From a virus: a stretch of DNA of 64,000 bases. Every line of letters begins with the position of its first letter. Within the stretch, counting starts at the first letter, position 1. The stretch lies in the IMG/VR virus record IMGVR_UViG_3300028043_000001, positions 52,437 through 116,436 of that record; one strand, given 5' to 3'. Made by a program: the position numbers and the translations under genes. Below, piece by piece: positions 37,924 through 48,019 of the stretch. Below the pieces are notes generated by a model that was not told the DNA's origin, made no database searches, and was given only the letters and a program-made list of their open reading frames with translations.

Positions 37924-38370
37924 GTGCGTGTGTGTGGCGAATGTACCTTATGTTGCAAACTTCCAGCCGTCCCAGAGTTTAATAAACCTACAGGCGAGTG
38001 GTGTAGATACTGCAATCCCAAAAAGGGGTGCCAAATCTACACCACTCGCCCTGAATCTTGCAAGAATTTTCAATGCCTTTGGCTGCTAAACTCCCTACCT
38101 GATTATCTTAGGCCAGATAAGTCTGGTGTTATTTTCGAGAGCCTACCCTCAGGGAAAACTTTTATTGCCCTTCTCAATCCGGGTCGTGAAAACACTTGGA
38201 AGACGTCCAAAGTTAAAGATGTCATTGAATCATTTTTGCAATCAGGCAAAGCTGTTGTAGTAAGTTCTAAGCCCCCCCAATTTTTTGTGCCTTTTGGTCG
38301 CTCGATCGAAGAAGTAAAAGAGGAACTGCTACAAACTGCAGAACAATATGGTTATAGGGTAACCAAGTGA
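37924..38370 (+). CDS. YkgJ-like cysteine-cluster protein
   Basis: CGECTLCC...C..C....GC.IY..RP.SC..FQC.W. Confidence 0.8.
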   Translation: MRVCGECTLCCKLPAVPEFNKPTGEWCRYCNPKKGCQIYTTRPESCKNFQCLWLLNSLPDYLRPDKSGVIFESLPSGKTFIALLNPGRENTWKTSKVKDVIESFLQSGKAVVVSSKPPQFFVPFGRSIEEVKEELLQTAEQYGYRVTK

Positions 38371-38371
38371 A

Positions 38372-40426
38372 ATGGCAGCACCAGCATACACAACGGATCT
38401 AGTTACCATAAACACCGCTGAGTCCATAACAGGCTGGGCTGAACCCACTGCAACTGGATGGACTGGCGGCGGTAACCCTACTCAAGATGTTGACTACCCG
38501 TACATCCAAGGCTCGTATGCGGTTCTTCAAGCTACTACTAAAACAGGTATAGCAGCTTTGATGGTGGACGCCGGAGTTGGAGGTGTGACACTTCCCACCG
38601 ACGGAGCATTTCTAGTTTGGCAAAACATGTATTCTCCTGGTCCTGTAGTCTTAGACACCTATGCTAATGGCGGCTTACGAGTGATGGTTGGTAGTGGCCT
38701 CGCTGACTTTGATTCCTGGGACGTCGGTGGCAACGACACTGGACGGAATCCATATGGTGGCTGGCAATGCTGGGCAGTTAACCCAACTTTGAGCTACGAT
38801 GATCGGCTAGGAAGCCCTACCGGAACTTATCGCTATATTGGTGCAGCAGTTAATTTATTGGCAGGTATTGGGAAGGGTTACCCCCATAACGTTGATGCGG
38901 TTAGATATGGCCGAGGCGAGGCTAGGTTTAGTGGCGGAGAATCAGCTAACTACGCTACTATAGCCGGGTTTGCTACACAGAATGATAGCACTTCCAATAG
39001 ATGGGGCCTGATCCAGGCTATTCCTGGTGGCTATCTCTGGAAAGGGCTGATTAGTTTAGGGGAGAGTAACCAAGCCACCGCTACCAGAGCTAGGAGCTCT
39101 AATGTTGCCACCATCACCTTTTCCTCAGCCCACAAATTTAAGGTGAATGATGTAATTACTGTAGCTGGTCTCGGAGGGTCCGGCTACAATGGCACTTGGA
39201 CTGTTGCTTCAGTTCCGTCAACAACTTCATTAACTTATTCGAACACTGGCTCCAATGAAGGTCAAACATCAGATATTAACGGCACAGTAGGTTGTATTGT
39301 TGATTTTCGGGACACAAACAGACTCGTCTTTGTCGACGATACCCGCAAAATCACAGCCGCTTTCAATAAAATTGAGATAAAGCATGGCTCAAGTAGAGTT
39401 GATTGGACTGGGTATTCTTTTATCTGTACCTCTCCTTCGACTACGGCTAGCAAGGGCCGTATTGAGGTTGTGAATGACTGTGACGTTAACATCGACGCTT
39501 GCTTGTTCCAGGATCTGGACACTACAATTTGGCAAACGACCAGCAGCATCGCGGGAAGCATTTTTCGTCGGTGTGCACAAATCACCCAAAACGGCGCAGT
39601 TTTTAGTGGCTGCACCCTTGATAACGCGACCTCAGCGGCAACGATCTTATCCAGTAATCCCGGGAATATTTCCAGCAGCATTTTCAAGTCTGATGGAAGT
39701 AACCACGCGATTCAGCTAACATCTGCATGTGCTGGGAACTCTTACGATCTTAACAACTTACAGTTTCAGGGGTATGCAGTCGTGGATGGCTCGACTGGAA
39801 ATGAAGTTATTTATAACAATGCAGGAGGCACCGTTACTCTATATATCTATGGGGGCAGCGGTGTTGTGTCAGTGCGAAACGGTACTAACTCGTATACCAC
39901 GGTTGTTTCAGGTAGCGTCAATTTTTCTGTCACTGTGAAAGATACCAGCGTGCCTCCCTCAGCAATTCAAGATGCGCGTGTGCTGATGCTTGCAGGTAGT
40001 GGTGGCCCTTTACCTTACGACGTTACAGTAACAATTTCGCGTACGGACTCAACCGCAACAGTCTCCCACACAGCACACGCGATGATTACTGGGGACAAGG
40101 TGCAAATTTTGGGTGCCAATCAAATGGAATATAATGGGGTTTTTACTATCACCAAAATAAACGACAACAGCTATAGCTACACTGTCAGCGGCACCCCCGA
40201 CACCCCTGCAACAGGTACAATAAAAGCTACCTATGTTGCTCTATCGGGCTTAACTAGCTCAGGTGGTGTTGTTTCAGATAGTCGGGTTTTTTCAGACAAT
40301 CAACCGATCACTGGCAGGGTGCGAAAAAGCTCTACTGCCCCTTATTACAAGACTACCGACTTTACTGGTTCGATTAGCAAAACAACGGGCTTTTCAACCA
40401 CAGTGCAGCTACTCCCAGATCAATGA
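38372..40426 (+). CDS. Virion structural/fibre-like protein with two repeated small beta modules and a beta-helix-like stretch
   Basis: AT.T...AH....D.(I/V)...G....YNG...(V/I) module occurs twice. Confidence 0.7.
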   Translation: MAAPAYTTDLVTINTAESITGWAEPTATGWTGGGNPTQDVDYPYIQGSYAVLQATTKTGIAALMVDAGVGGVTLPTDGAFLVWQNMYSPGPVVLDTYANGGLRVMVGSGLADFDSWDVGGNDTGRNPYGGWQCWAVNPTLSYDDRLGSPTGTYRYIGAAVNLLAGIGKGYPHNVDAVRYGRGEARFSGGESANYATIAGFATQNDSTSNRWGLIQAIPGGYLWKGLISLGESNQATATRARSSNVATITFSSAHKFKVNDVITVAGLGGSGYNGTWTVASVPSTTSLTYSNTGSNEGQTSDINGTVGCIVDFRDTNRLVFVDDTRKITAAFNKIEIKHGSSRVDWTGYSFICTSPSTTASKGRIEVVNDCDVNIDACLFQDLDTTIWQTTSSIAGSIFRRCAQITQNGAVFSGCTLDNATSAATILSSNPGNISSSIFKSDGSNHAIQLTSACAGNSYDLNNLQFQGYAVVDGSTGNEVIYNNAGGTVTLYIYGGSGVVSVRNGTNSYTTVVSGSVNFSVTVKDTSVPPSAIQDARVLMLAGSGGPLPYDVTVTISRTDSTATVSHTAHAMITGDKVQILGANQMEYNGVFTITKINDNSYSYTVSGTPDTPATGTIKATYVALSGLTSSGGVVSDSRVFSDNQPITGRVRKSSTAPYYKTTDFTGSISKTTGFSTTVQLLPDQ

Positions 40427-40436
40427 GGAAAGTATA

Positions 40437-40688
40437 ATGACGGAGAGAAAATTTGAACAACTGTACCAATCAATGATAAGTGTTGTCGAGGGCTTGGAAG
40501 CTGAATTAGCTGAATTGAAACGAATTAACGCGATCCTCGAAGCGGAAAAAATGCAATGGGTTGCAGAAAAGATGGCGCAGCAAGCCATCATACAGCAAGC
40601 CCTCAGTGACGCCAATGCAACTAGCAATCAGTATCTAGAAGAGAATCGTGAATTGAAGGAAGAGATTAAGAGGCTCAAGGAGCTTTAG
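40437..40688 (+). CDS. Coiled-coil protein
   Basis: GAGG RBS, ATG 40437, heptad pattern. Confidence 0.65.
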   Translation: MTERKFEQLYQSMISVVEGLEAELAELKRINAILEAEKMQWVAEKMAQQAIIQQALSDANATSNQYLEENRELKEEIKRLKEL

Positions 40689-40690
40689 GT

Positions 40691-41944
40691 GTGGCAGTAT
40701 CAATCAACTGGGGAACGAAAGTAATTTATGTACCTAGAAACGATCTGACCCTTATTCAAAGCAGTCCAGAAATAAGGGAATTGGATGTAAATTGGTTTCG
40801 CCTGTGCCTCAAGGATCTTGAAGATAATGAAGATGGTATTATCTTTCCGAGAACCCATAATCACAACACCGAAGTCACTCTATCAGGTTTAAACTACGCC
40901 CGAATTGTTGAGATTATCAATGGTTATACTGTTGAATTTGAAAATGCCCAATATACTGTGGCTTGCACAGGAGCTAACCACAACATAGCCGATGTTAAGG
41001 TCCCCAACCAGGTCTCTCTGATTGTTAACAATGCTGCCGGCCTCATCACGAACCCTGCTATTGAGTATGCGTCATATAACAATGGTGTAACCGTCGACTT
41101 AACCTCGAGCTGGTCAGGAACTCTTTTTCCTATTGGTACCCTTCAACGTCCCGTCAATAACCTTACCGACGCCTTGTTGATTGCTCAATATCGCGGCTTT
41201 GCCACGCTTTATATTCTTGGTGATGCGGCTATCGATACGAGCGGGGATTTCTCTGGTATGAATATAATCGGGGAATCCACCACCAAGAGTGAGATAACCG
41301 TGGATTCCGGGGCTAACGTTTTTAGAGCCGAGTTTTATTCCTGTACTTTGGCGGGGGACCTTGATGGTCAAGCATATCTGCGGGATTCGAGAATAAGTGA
41401 CCTCAACTATATTAATGGAGTGGTGGAGAGATGTTTACTAGACGACGGAGTAATAACCCTCGGGGGCAGTCAGGAAGCGATATTCCTGGATTGCTGGTGC
41501 GGCAGCCCAGACGCAGTTCCGGTAATCGACATGGGAGGAAGCGGACAAAGCTTGAGTATGAGAAACTACTCAGGGGACGTAAAGATAAGAAACAAGAGCG
41601 GCCCGGAGCCGATCAGCATCACCCTCCTCGCGGGCCAAGTGACATTAGAGAGCACCGTAACTAATGGTCCTATCTATATTTGTGGGAATGGGGTGGTAAT
41701 TGACAACTCAACTGGTACAGCTGAGGTTAACACCAACGACTTATTAAGCCCAGACATCATCAGTTCCAAGATTAGAAGTGAACTCACTCCTGAATTGCTA
41801 CAGGTTAGCGAAATTTTTGCTATCCACGGTCTTAACCCCGCATACCCCCTATTTGTAGGTTCAGTAGAAAGGACTGCGGGAGGTACTTATATCGTGCAGC
41901 TCGTTGAGACTACTCCGGCAGGTACAACGGTGACAAGAGTATGA
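40691..41944 (+). CDS. Putative virion structural protein
   Basis: Beta-rich, GT..RPVNNL.DA motif. Confidence 0.65.
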   Translation: MAVSINWGTKVIYVPRNDLTLIQSSPEIRELDVNWFRLCLKDLEDNEDGIIFPRTHNHNTEVTLSGLNYARIVEIINGYTVEFENAQYTVACTGANHNIADVKVPNQVSLIVNNAAGLITNPAIEYASYNNGVTVDLTSSWSGTLFPIGTLQRPVNNLTDALLIAQYRGFATLYILGDAAIDTSGDFSGMNIIGESTTKSEITVDSGANVFRAEFYSCTLAGDLDGQAYLRDSRISDLNYINGVVERCLLDDGVITLGGSQEAIFLDCWCGSPDAVPVIDMGGSGQSLSMRNYSGDVKIRNKSGPEPISITLLAGQVTLESTVTNGPIYICGNGVVIDNSTGTAEVNTNDLLSPDIISSKIRSELTPELLQVSEIFAIHGLNPAYPLFVGSVERTAGGTYIVQLVETTPAGTTVTRV

Positions 41945-42246
41945 TTTTAAGCCACCGCGCGATTGCAGTTCAAGGCGTCGGCTACTCGCCTCCTGTAATG
42001 GCTCTACAGGGGTTCTGGACTATTGGTGAGGCTGTTCAAGTAGCCCTAGAAGTGTTGGCCGTAACCGCCTCCCTTTTAAATCCCAACTTTGTGATCTACA
42101 GCCAGATCCTCGCGGACGTACTTGCTCTTCATGCAGAATTGCATGAACCTTTTGCTGGATTAGTACAAATTATTCAGAGAGGAATGCGGTTGAACGTTGA
42201 TACGTTGAAAAGACTAAGCGTTGCCCTCAGATTAAAAGATGAGTGA
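41941..42246 (+). CDS. Hypothetical protein
   Basis: Overlapping start/stop packing. Confidence 0.5.
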   Translation: MILSHRAIAVQGVGYSPPVMALQGFWTIGEAVQVALEVLAVTASLLNPNFVIYSQILADVLALHAELHEPFAGLVQIIQRGMRLNVDTLKRLSVALRLKDE

Positions 42247-42571
42247 TCTGAACAATCTGAAGCAAGGTGAACAGAAATATTTGGTACTCACTGTGAGGGA
42301 TGCCAGTGGTCAACTCGTTGACTTGTCAAGTGTTGATGATTTGTATTTAGGAGTTAAAAAGAAGAAGTCTGATACCACTCTTCACTTCTATAAGGAGTTT
42401 GCTTCCTTTACTACCACCAATGCAGCCCGCGGTGAAATTTCGGTATTGTTGACTACAAGCGATACGGCCGAGGCGGGTAAATTTTTAGGAGAACTTAAAA
42501 TTACCTTTTCTGATGATACAGTTGAGAAAACTGCTGATTTTCACTTGTATATTGAGCAGTCAATTACATAA
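42239..42571 (+). CDS. BppU-N-like Ig-fold virion protein
   Basis: LKQG.....L.V.D..G..VDLS...G.I.V.L...DT..AG...GEL. Confidence 0.65.
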   Translation: MSDLNNLKQGEQKYLVLTVRDASGQLVDLSSVDDLYLGVKKKKSDTTLHFYKEFASFTTTNAARGEISVLLTTSDTAEAGKFLGELKITFSDDTVEKTADFHLYIEQSIT

Positions 42572-42583
42572 GGGGTAAGTGAA

Positions 42584-43189
42584 GTGTTTGCATCGTTAGA
42601 GGAATTAAAAGATTTTTTGGGTCTTGGTAGCGTTGAAAGTGCCGAAAATCAATTGCTGTTGTGCCTGAATGCCGCCGACAGTTTCATCAAGACTTTTACG
42701 AATCGTTTCCTAATTTCAACTCGCTTTAACCATAACATAACTCCACAAAACTCCTACGAAATTTGGGTTCCTGAGTTTCCTTTAACCGCACTTCATGGAA
42801 TGACCGCCTTCCAATTTATGTCTGATACCGCTGGAAGTGCCATCGACCTCAATTATACCAGATTTCTTAGGAGTGGGTTGGTCTATAGTAGCGAAGGGTT
42901 TTTTATTACCTCAGTTCCAGGGAGCGTTCTTGTTGACTATACTGCGGGGTATTCTTCAACCGACCCCGAGTTTGAAACCTTAAAATGGATCACACTCGAA
43001 ACTGCAGGGCAGTTTTTCCGAGGTCGAGGCTTGATGAACATTGTATCGTATCAGGCAGGTGGTGCCCAGGTCCAAAAGTATGACGTCAAGATCACAGATG
43101 TTGGTGCAGCTATTGGTATTCTAGGCCCCGAAATAGCTGCTGCCCTAGGAACCTTTGCAGTACGTGGACCCCGTAGTATTGATAGGTAA
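42584..43189 (+). CDS. Head-tail connector (gp6/gp15-like adaptor)
   Basis: ASLEELKDFLG, AA..FI..FTNR, V.YTAGY. Confidence 0.8.
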   Translation: MFASLEELKDFLGLGSVESAENQLLLCLNAADSFIKTFTNRFLISTRFNHNITPQNSYEIWVPEFPLTALHGMTAFQFMSDTAGSAIDLNYTRFLRSGLVYSSEGFFITSVPGSVLVDYTAGYSSTDPEFETLKWITLETAGQFFRGRGLMNIVSYQAGGAQVQKYDVKITDVGAAIGILGPEIAAALGTFAVRGPRSIDR

Positions 43190-43197
43190 TTGAGTCC

Positions 43198-43776
43198 ATG
43201 TTTTGCTTTAACGACCTTATAACCTTTACACGATACTCAAACAGCGTGGTTTCTAACTGGCAAAGCGGTTTTGCTGAAATAACGACCCCTTATTCGCCCG
43301 CTTTTTTACAGGTTGCGGTAAGTGGTATTACTACAGCAGGTACTCTGTATATTCACGGATCTAATGAAAACAACAACAACATTTTTGAGGTTTTATCTTT
43401 TTCGGCCAGTGCAACGTTACTCACTTCTAACAAGTTTAAAGTAGTTGCGGGATTAACTCCTAGTTGGGGCTCATTTTTAATAAATGTTACTGCAGCTAAT
43501 GAACAAGGTGAGCCAATTCGACATTCTACGTCCTATGGCCCTTATCCTTGTAGTATTACCGAACAAAACACCTTTCAACAAGAGGGTAGAACCGCAAGGC
43601 CTGGCTACGTGCGGGGCTCTTATTGGAGGGTAGAGGTAGTTGATTTTGAACCACAGTCGGGAGATTTTATTACCACAGACAAAGGAGTTAATGGGTTTGT
43701 TGGTGATATTTATCCCGCTTTAATACCCAACTTTCCAACAGGTTGGGTGTTCTTGGTTACCGAAAATCCTGGTTAA
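43198..43776 (+). CDS. Putative head-closure/neck protein
   Basis: Position after the adaptor, beta-rich. Confidence 0.45.
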   Translation: MFCFNDLITFTRYSNSVVSNWQSGFAEITTPYSPAFLQVAVSGITTAGTLYIHGSNENNNNIFEVLSFSASATLLTSNKFKVVAGLTPSWGSFLINVTAANEQGEPIRHSTSYGPYPCSITEQNTFQQEGRTARPGYVRGSYWRVEVVDFEPQSGDFITTDKGVNGFVGDIYPALIPNFPTGWVFLVTENPG

Positions 43777-43797
43777 AAAAAATCTGAAGGAGATTTT

Positions 43798-46215
43798 ATG
43801 AAAACGGCAGCGAAGCCCCTTGTTTCGATCTTGTGCCCTGTTTTTAACAACGTAAAATACACCCTAGATTGCATCGGGTCGGTGAGAGCTTTCACAAAAG
43901 TTCCTTATGAAATAGTCGTTTGCGGCACTGGAACCGACGGCACGATAGGGTCGATGATGGAGATGGAGCGCACGAGCCCCAACTTCAAGTTTATTCATAA
44001 TGACACCGAGAATACCCACTTTGCTGCTAATGTGAATTTAGGGGCTAAACACTGCACCGGTGACTTCATCTGTCTGCTAAATAATGATACTATTGTAACC
44101 CCCCGCTGGATAGAAAAGATGCTCAATGTTTACAATAAATTGGCGATGATGCACGAACGTAATCGCCCTTGTCCTCCCCCTGCGGTAATTGCCCCCGTTA
44201 GTAATTACGTCATGCAGCACCAAATGGTGCGACTGCCTCCCGACTTTAAGCTCGATCAAATTCCCGAGGTGGGTGAAACTGTCGAAAAGGAAAGCCGCGG
44301 CAGGTGGTATTATTCTGCGGTTGTCTCCGGCTTTTGCATGTTGATCAAGCGAGATGTTTTTGAGCAGCTGGAAGGCTTTGATGAAAGTTTTTACAACGGC
44401 AATGAGGATGTTGACTTCTGCTGCCGCGTCAACGACGCCGGCTATTCCTGCATTGTTGATCGTAGTACTTTTATTTTCCATTACGGTTCACAAACCCTCC
44501 AAGCCTTTCCTGATCGTGACACAGACGGAGGAGTTGCAAACCGCGTACAAATGGCTCTTAAGTACGCTGGTGAGACGTCCAAAGAGAGAAAAATTTCTGG
44601 TAATGTGCGCTTGAAGTGTTCTCAAGGCGATCTTGAAAAGTGGTTGCAAAGACATTACGACCTCTTCGACGTGGTTAACATTGTCGACGATAACAGTGGT
44701 TGGGATATGGAGTCATATTTAAAGGAAAACTGGTCGAAGTGCACCTACCTTCTCATGAAGGGAGTGTTAGAGGTTGAGCAGCGCAGGATGCTTTACATGT
44801 TGTCATACGAACAGGAAATGGATTGGATGGTGGTACTCGACCACGATGAGTTTCTTGAAGAGAAAGTTAACCGCGAGTACCTCCAGAGACTAGTAAATAT
44901 GCCTATTCCTGGAACTCAAGCTTTCGTAGCTCGATGGATTCATCTCTGGAATTCTCCTGACACCTACCACATGAAGTATCCTCCCCATTCCGGAGTTTTT
45001 ATGCGGCGAGTGCAACCAAATCTTGCTTATGTTGGCGGCACCCCGGGCTCCTCTCTTCACTGTAGCCGCATTCCCGAAACTCCAATTGTGGGGTCGGCTC
45101 TAGCGAATATACACATTTTACATTACGGATACGTCGATGCCGCACAGAGAAAAAGGAAACGAGCCTACTACGAGGAGAAAGATCCTAACCCGATTCCTCA
45201 GCTGGTGGGCAGCGATAGCTATAGACACCTTACTGACCAGACATCTATCCTTATTTCGGAGTGGCATGGCTCGCGAGCTTATACCTTATCACTATGTGCA
45301 ATGGCCGAACACGAACCTTCGTATCGGGTGCAAATGCTTTTGGAGTCTGTGGGCTCCCTTGTCGATGAAATTGTTTTTCGGGTACCTCCGGGAAGTCCAC
45401 ACATTCCTTTGCTACAACGCTGGGGTGCAACGATTGTCGAGAAGGAGTGGAATGACCACTATTCTCAAATGAGGAATTCGGCTTTGGACAAAGCCACGCA
45501 AAACTACATTCTTATGTTGGACATTGATGAGTCTCTCACAGATCCTCCGGAGATCATTTTCTTGCTTGAGCAACAGCCAACGGCTATTCTGTTCACCATT
45601 AACAACATTCAGCCGGGGAAGAAACCCCCTGCGGTAACGGAAATCATGAGGTTGTTTTTGAATCACCCTCAAATAAAGTTTCGCGGCCGCCTCCATGAGA
45701 CTATCGAAGATGACATCCAGAAGGTCCGCGGTTCTATTATCTTGAGGGCGAACGGGAAAATCAATCACTTTGGTTTCCTCTCCTCCAAACTTCCTGATAA
45801 ATTGAAGAAGTACATTAAACTTAACAAACGTGCCATCCATGAGGATCCTAAAGACCCCAAACCCTATTTTAACCTTGCGCTGCATTTTATTGAAGATGGT
45901 GAGATTGAACAGGCCGAAGAATATTTAAAGAAGGCAATCGAATTACACCCCAAGTTCACTTTAGCAAAGATTGAGCTTGCTAAAATGTATTTGAGGTTTT
46001 CAAATTCCCTCATTGCCAGTTCGTTGTCAGATGCTCCTCCTAAGCATCCGATTCGTGAGCCTTTAGAGCAGATGGATCGTATGATCAAGATGTTGGTACC
46101 TCCAGGAGAGGCTCTCATTTTCCCAGTTCTAGCCAAAATAGAGAAAAAAGAGGAAGGCCAGTTTACACCCGTGCAAACTAGGACGACAACGGAGGAAGGA
46201 TGGGTGGCTTCTTAG
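43798..46215 (+). CDS. Multi-domain glycosyltransferase (three GT2-like domains plus TPR)
   Basis: VSILCPVFN..LLNND..EDVD, VLDHDE..HYGY, LDIDE..FRGRLHE..HFG, then TPR (PYFNLA...A..YLKKAIEL.P). Confidence 0.85.
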   Translation: MKTAAKPLVSILCPVFNNVKYTLDCIGSVRAFTKVPYEIVVCGTGTDGTIGSMMEMERTSPNFKFIHNDTENTHFAANVNLGAKHCTGDFICLLNNDTIVTPRWIEKMLNVYNKLAMMHERNRPCPPPAVIAPVSNYVMQHQMVRLPPDFKLDQIPEVGETVEKESRGRWYYSAVVSGFCMLIKRDVFEQLEGFDESFYNGNEDVDFCCRVNDAGYSCIVDRSTFIFHYGSQTLQAFPDRDTDGGVANRVQMALKYAGETSKERKISGNVRLKCSQGDLEKWLQRHYDLFDVVNIVDDNSGWDMESYLKENWSKCTYLLMKGVLEVEQRRMLYMLSYEQEMDWMVVLDHDEFLEEKVNREYLQRLVNMPIPGTQAFVARWIHLWNSPDTYHMKYPPHSGVFMRRVQPNLAYVGGTPGSSLHCSRIPETPIVGSALANIHILHYGYVDAAQRKRKRAYYEEKDPNPIPQLVGSDSYRHLTDQTSILISEWHGSRAYTLSLCAMAEHEPSYRVQMLLESVGSLVDEIVFRVPPGSPHIPLLQRWGATIVEKEWNDHYSQMRNSALDKATQNYILMLDIDESLTDPPEIIFLLEQQPTAILFTINNIQPGKKPPAVTEIMRLFLNHPQIKFRGRLHETIEDDIQKVRGSIILRANGKINHFGFLSSKLPDKLKKYIKLNKRAIHEDPKDPKPYFNLALHFIEDGEIEQAEEYLKKAIELHPKFTLAKIELAKMYLRFSNSLIASSLSDAPPKHPIREPLEQMDRMIKMLVPPGEALIFPVLAKIEKKEEGQFTPVQTRTTTEEGWVAS

Positions 46216-46550
46216 ACAAGATAAGAGATGATCTAAATGATATTGGGTCTTCACTATACAGCGACATGGAAGCATTTGGTTTTAGCCTCTATTATGAGGC
46301 ACGAAAACTCGCAAGTTCACGTGTAACCAACGAGCTCGAAAGGAGAGTGGGATCACGAGTAGGAACAGTAAGAGATGCTCTAGGCTTGACGTTTCGAAAG
46401 GTTCCTGGGGGAATCGAAGTGGGAGTCAACCTAGATCCTTCTAGGTTGGGCGGCGCAAGGCGTATTATTTTTGGAGGTAGAAATTGGCGACCTAATGACA
46501 TTTTGGGGGCCGCTTTAAGAAGGGCGGGGTTGCCATTTGAAGAGCAGTAA
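46200..46550 (+). CDS. Putative tail-completion/neck protein (HK97 gp10-like)
   Basis: Size and position before the terminator protein. R.G..R motif. Confidence 0.5.
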   Translation: MGGFLDKIRDDLNDIGSSLYSDMEAFGFSLYYEARKLASSRVTNELERRVGSRVGTVRDALGLTFRKVPGGIEVGVNLDPSRLGGARRIIFGGRNWRPNDILGAALRRAGLPFEEQ

Positions 46551-46957
46551 TGTACCTTAATGCAATTGATGAGACTTTTAGGCGCATTCTTGTTGCTAAT
46601 AGCAATTTGAATCCTATTGTAGCCACCCGGGTTTACCCTACGTATCTTGCAAGCCTTCCTAACCCGCAGTTCCCCCTTATATGCTTCAGTCGTCAATCTT
46701 CCCGCCGTGATTATCGTTATAACAAGCGGGTTACTGTTGACTACGATGTTTTTATTTATTCTACCACGGGTTTTAATCAAACCGACACTATTTTCGAGCA
46801 CATGAAGGATGCCCTCGATAATGAGTGGTTTAGTATGATATCTACGGCAGGACGCGCCGGGTTTCGAATAACAGAGTACGGCACTCAAGATCATGATGTA
46901 GAGGAAAAACTTTATTTTAGCACTTTCAGGGTGCTGGCTATTGCCTTCTTTGGATGA
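46550..46957 (+). CDS. Tail terminator protein (DUF3168/gp17-like)
   Basis: L...VATRVYP......P.FP.I pattern. Confidence 0.75.
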   Translation: MYLNAIDETFRRILVANSNLNPIVATRVYPTYLASLPNPQFPLICFSRQSSRRDYRYNKRVTVDYDVFIYSTTGFNQTDTIFEHMKDALDNEWFSMISTAGRAGFRITEYGTQDHDVEEKLYFSTFRVLAIAFFG

Positions 46958-47094
46958 CTACGGATAGGCGCAACCCTCGAGACTCATCTTGGCTTATCTC
47001 TAGCAAGGAAAGTCGCAAAGCAGGAAAGAAGCGAGGCAAGAAAAAGAAAACCTCAAAGAAGAAGACTGTTAAAAGCAGAGGCAAATCTAAATAA
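46954..47094 (+). CDS. Very basic 46-aa protein (not in ORF track)
   Basis: MTTDRRNPRDSSWLISSKESRKAGKKRGKKKKTSKKKTVKSRGKSK. ATGA coupling to the upstream gene. Confidence 0.55.
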   Translation: MTTDRRNPRDSSWLISSKESRKAGKKRGKKKKTSKKKTVKSRGKSK

Positions 47095-47110
47095 CGGTTA
47101 GGAATGGATC

Positions 47111-47323
47111 ATGACTCAACTCGAAAAAACTGAAGTTCGCGACGTGGCTTGGCGATGTGCTGCATGTGATAGTACTCTAGGATACACTGGATCCGACCGT
47201 AAAGTGCTTCGCATGAAGTACAAAGATTTTTATGTCTTTATCCAAGAAGCTCAAACTGTTATGACCTTCTGTCGAAGGTGTGGCAGGGAGTGTATTTTGA
47301 GTAACCTCGATGTCCAAGGGTGA
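47111..47323 (+). CDS. Zn-ribbon protein (Mu Com-like)
   Basis: WRCAACD..LG...CRRCG. Confidence 0.65.
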   Translation: MTQLEKTEVRDVAWRCAACDSTLGYTGSDRKVLRMKYKDFYVFIQEAQTVMTFCRRCGRECILSNLDVQG

Positions 47324-47359
47324 ATCCTCCCAAACAGTGAACCTTTTAAAAATAGTGTG

Positions 47360-47375
47360 ACAAATTACTTTTTGA
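47360..47375 (+). promoter_or_regulatory. Candidate late-promoter/regulatory motif
   Basis: ACAAATTACTTTTTGA upstream of the tail tube gene. Confidence 0.45.
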
Positions 47376-47410
47376 AGCCTCGCAAACTTCACTAAGGGGG
47401 TGAAAACTGT

Positions 47411-47980
47411 ATGCCTTACAATCTTCCGTCTTACGACGTTAATAGGTTGTCGATCGGTCCCTGTATCATCTATCTTGGTGCTGCGGGCACTACGCCCACC
47501 GTTGATGTAGGTGCAGTGGAGTCCGGCGCGACCCTTACGACTACAAGGACGAAAGAGGAAGTCTTTCAGGGTTTCCCGAAGACCTTGATTGCGCAGTTTG
47601 CCACCCAGGAAACCGCTGTTCTTAAAATCAGCGGCATTGAATGGAACGTTAACAACTTGATGTATGCTTTAGGAGCAGGCGTGACCGCTGTCTCTTCCAC
47701 ACAGGAAGTTCTTGACTTTGGCGGACAAATCTCCTTCACCGACTGTGCCCTCAAGTTGGTGCATCAAACGCCTTATGGTTGGACTGTTAACGTCCTGATT
47801 TGGCAGGCTCAAGGTGATGGATCCGTGGAGTTCAATTTCGGTGATACTCATCACAAGATGCCTTATGGCTTCAACGCGATTGTACCGTGGAATAACACCA
47901 CCAGGAACTGCAAAGACTGGGCAGGCAACGTCCTTGCAGAAGGTAAGCAACTGTTTAAGGTGATCGTTGAAAAAGATTAA
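47411..47980 (+). CDS. Major tail (tube) protein
   Basis: IGP..IY.G......DVG....G..L pattern. Position before the chaperones and TMP. Confidence 0.75.
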   Translation: MPYNLPSYDVNRLSIGPCIIYLGAAGTTPTVDVGAVESGATLTTTRTKEEVFQGFPKTLIAQFATQETAVLKISGIEWNVNNLMYALGAGVTAVSSTQEVLDFGGQISFTDCALKLVHQTPYGWTVNVLIWQAQGDGSVEFNFGDTHHKMPYGFNAIVPWNNTTRNCKDWAGNVLAEGKQLFKVIVEKD

Positions 47981-48019
47981 CCTTTAAAAATTAAGAACGG
48001 AGGCCTTGGAGGTCCACTT

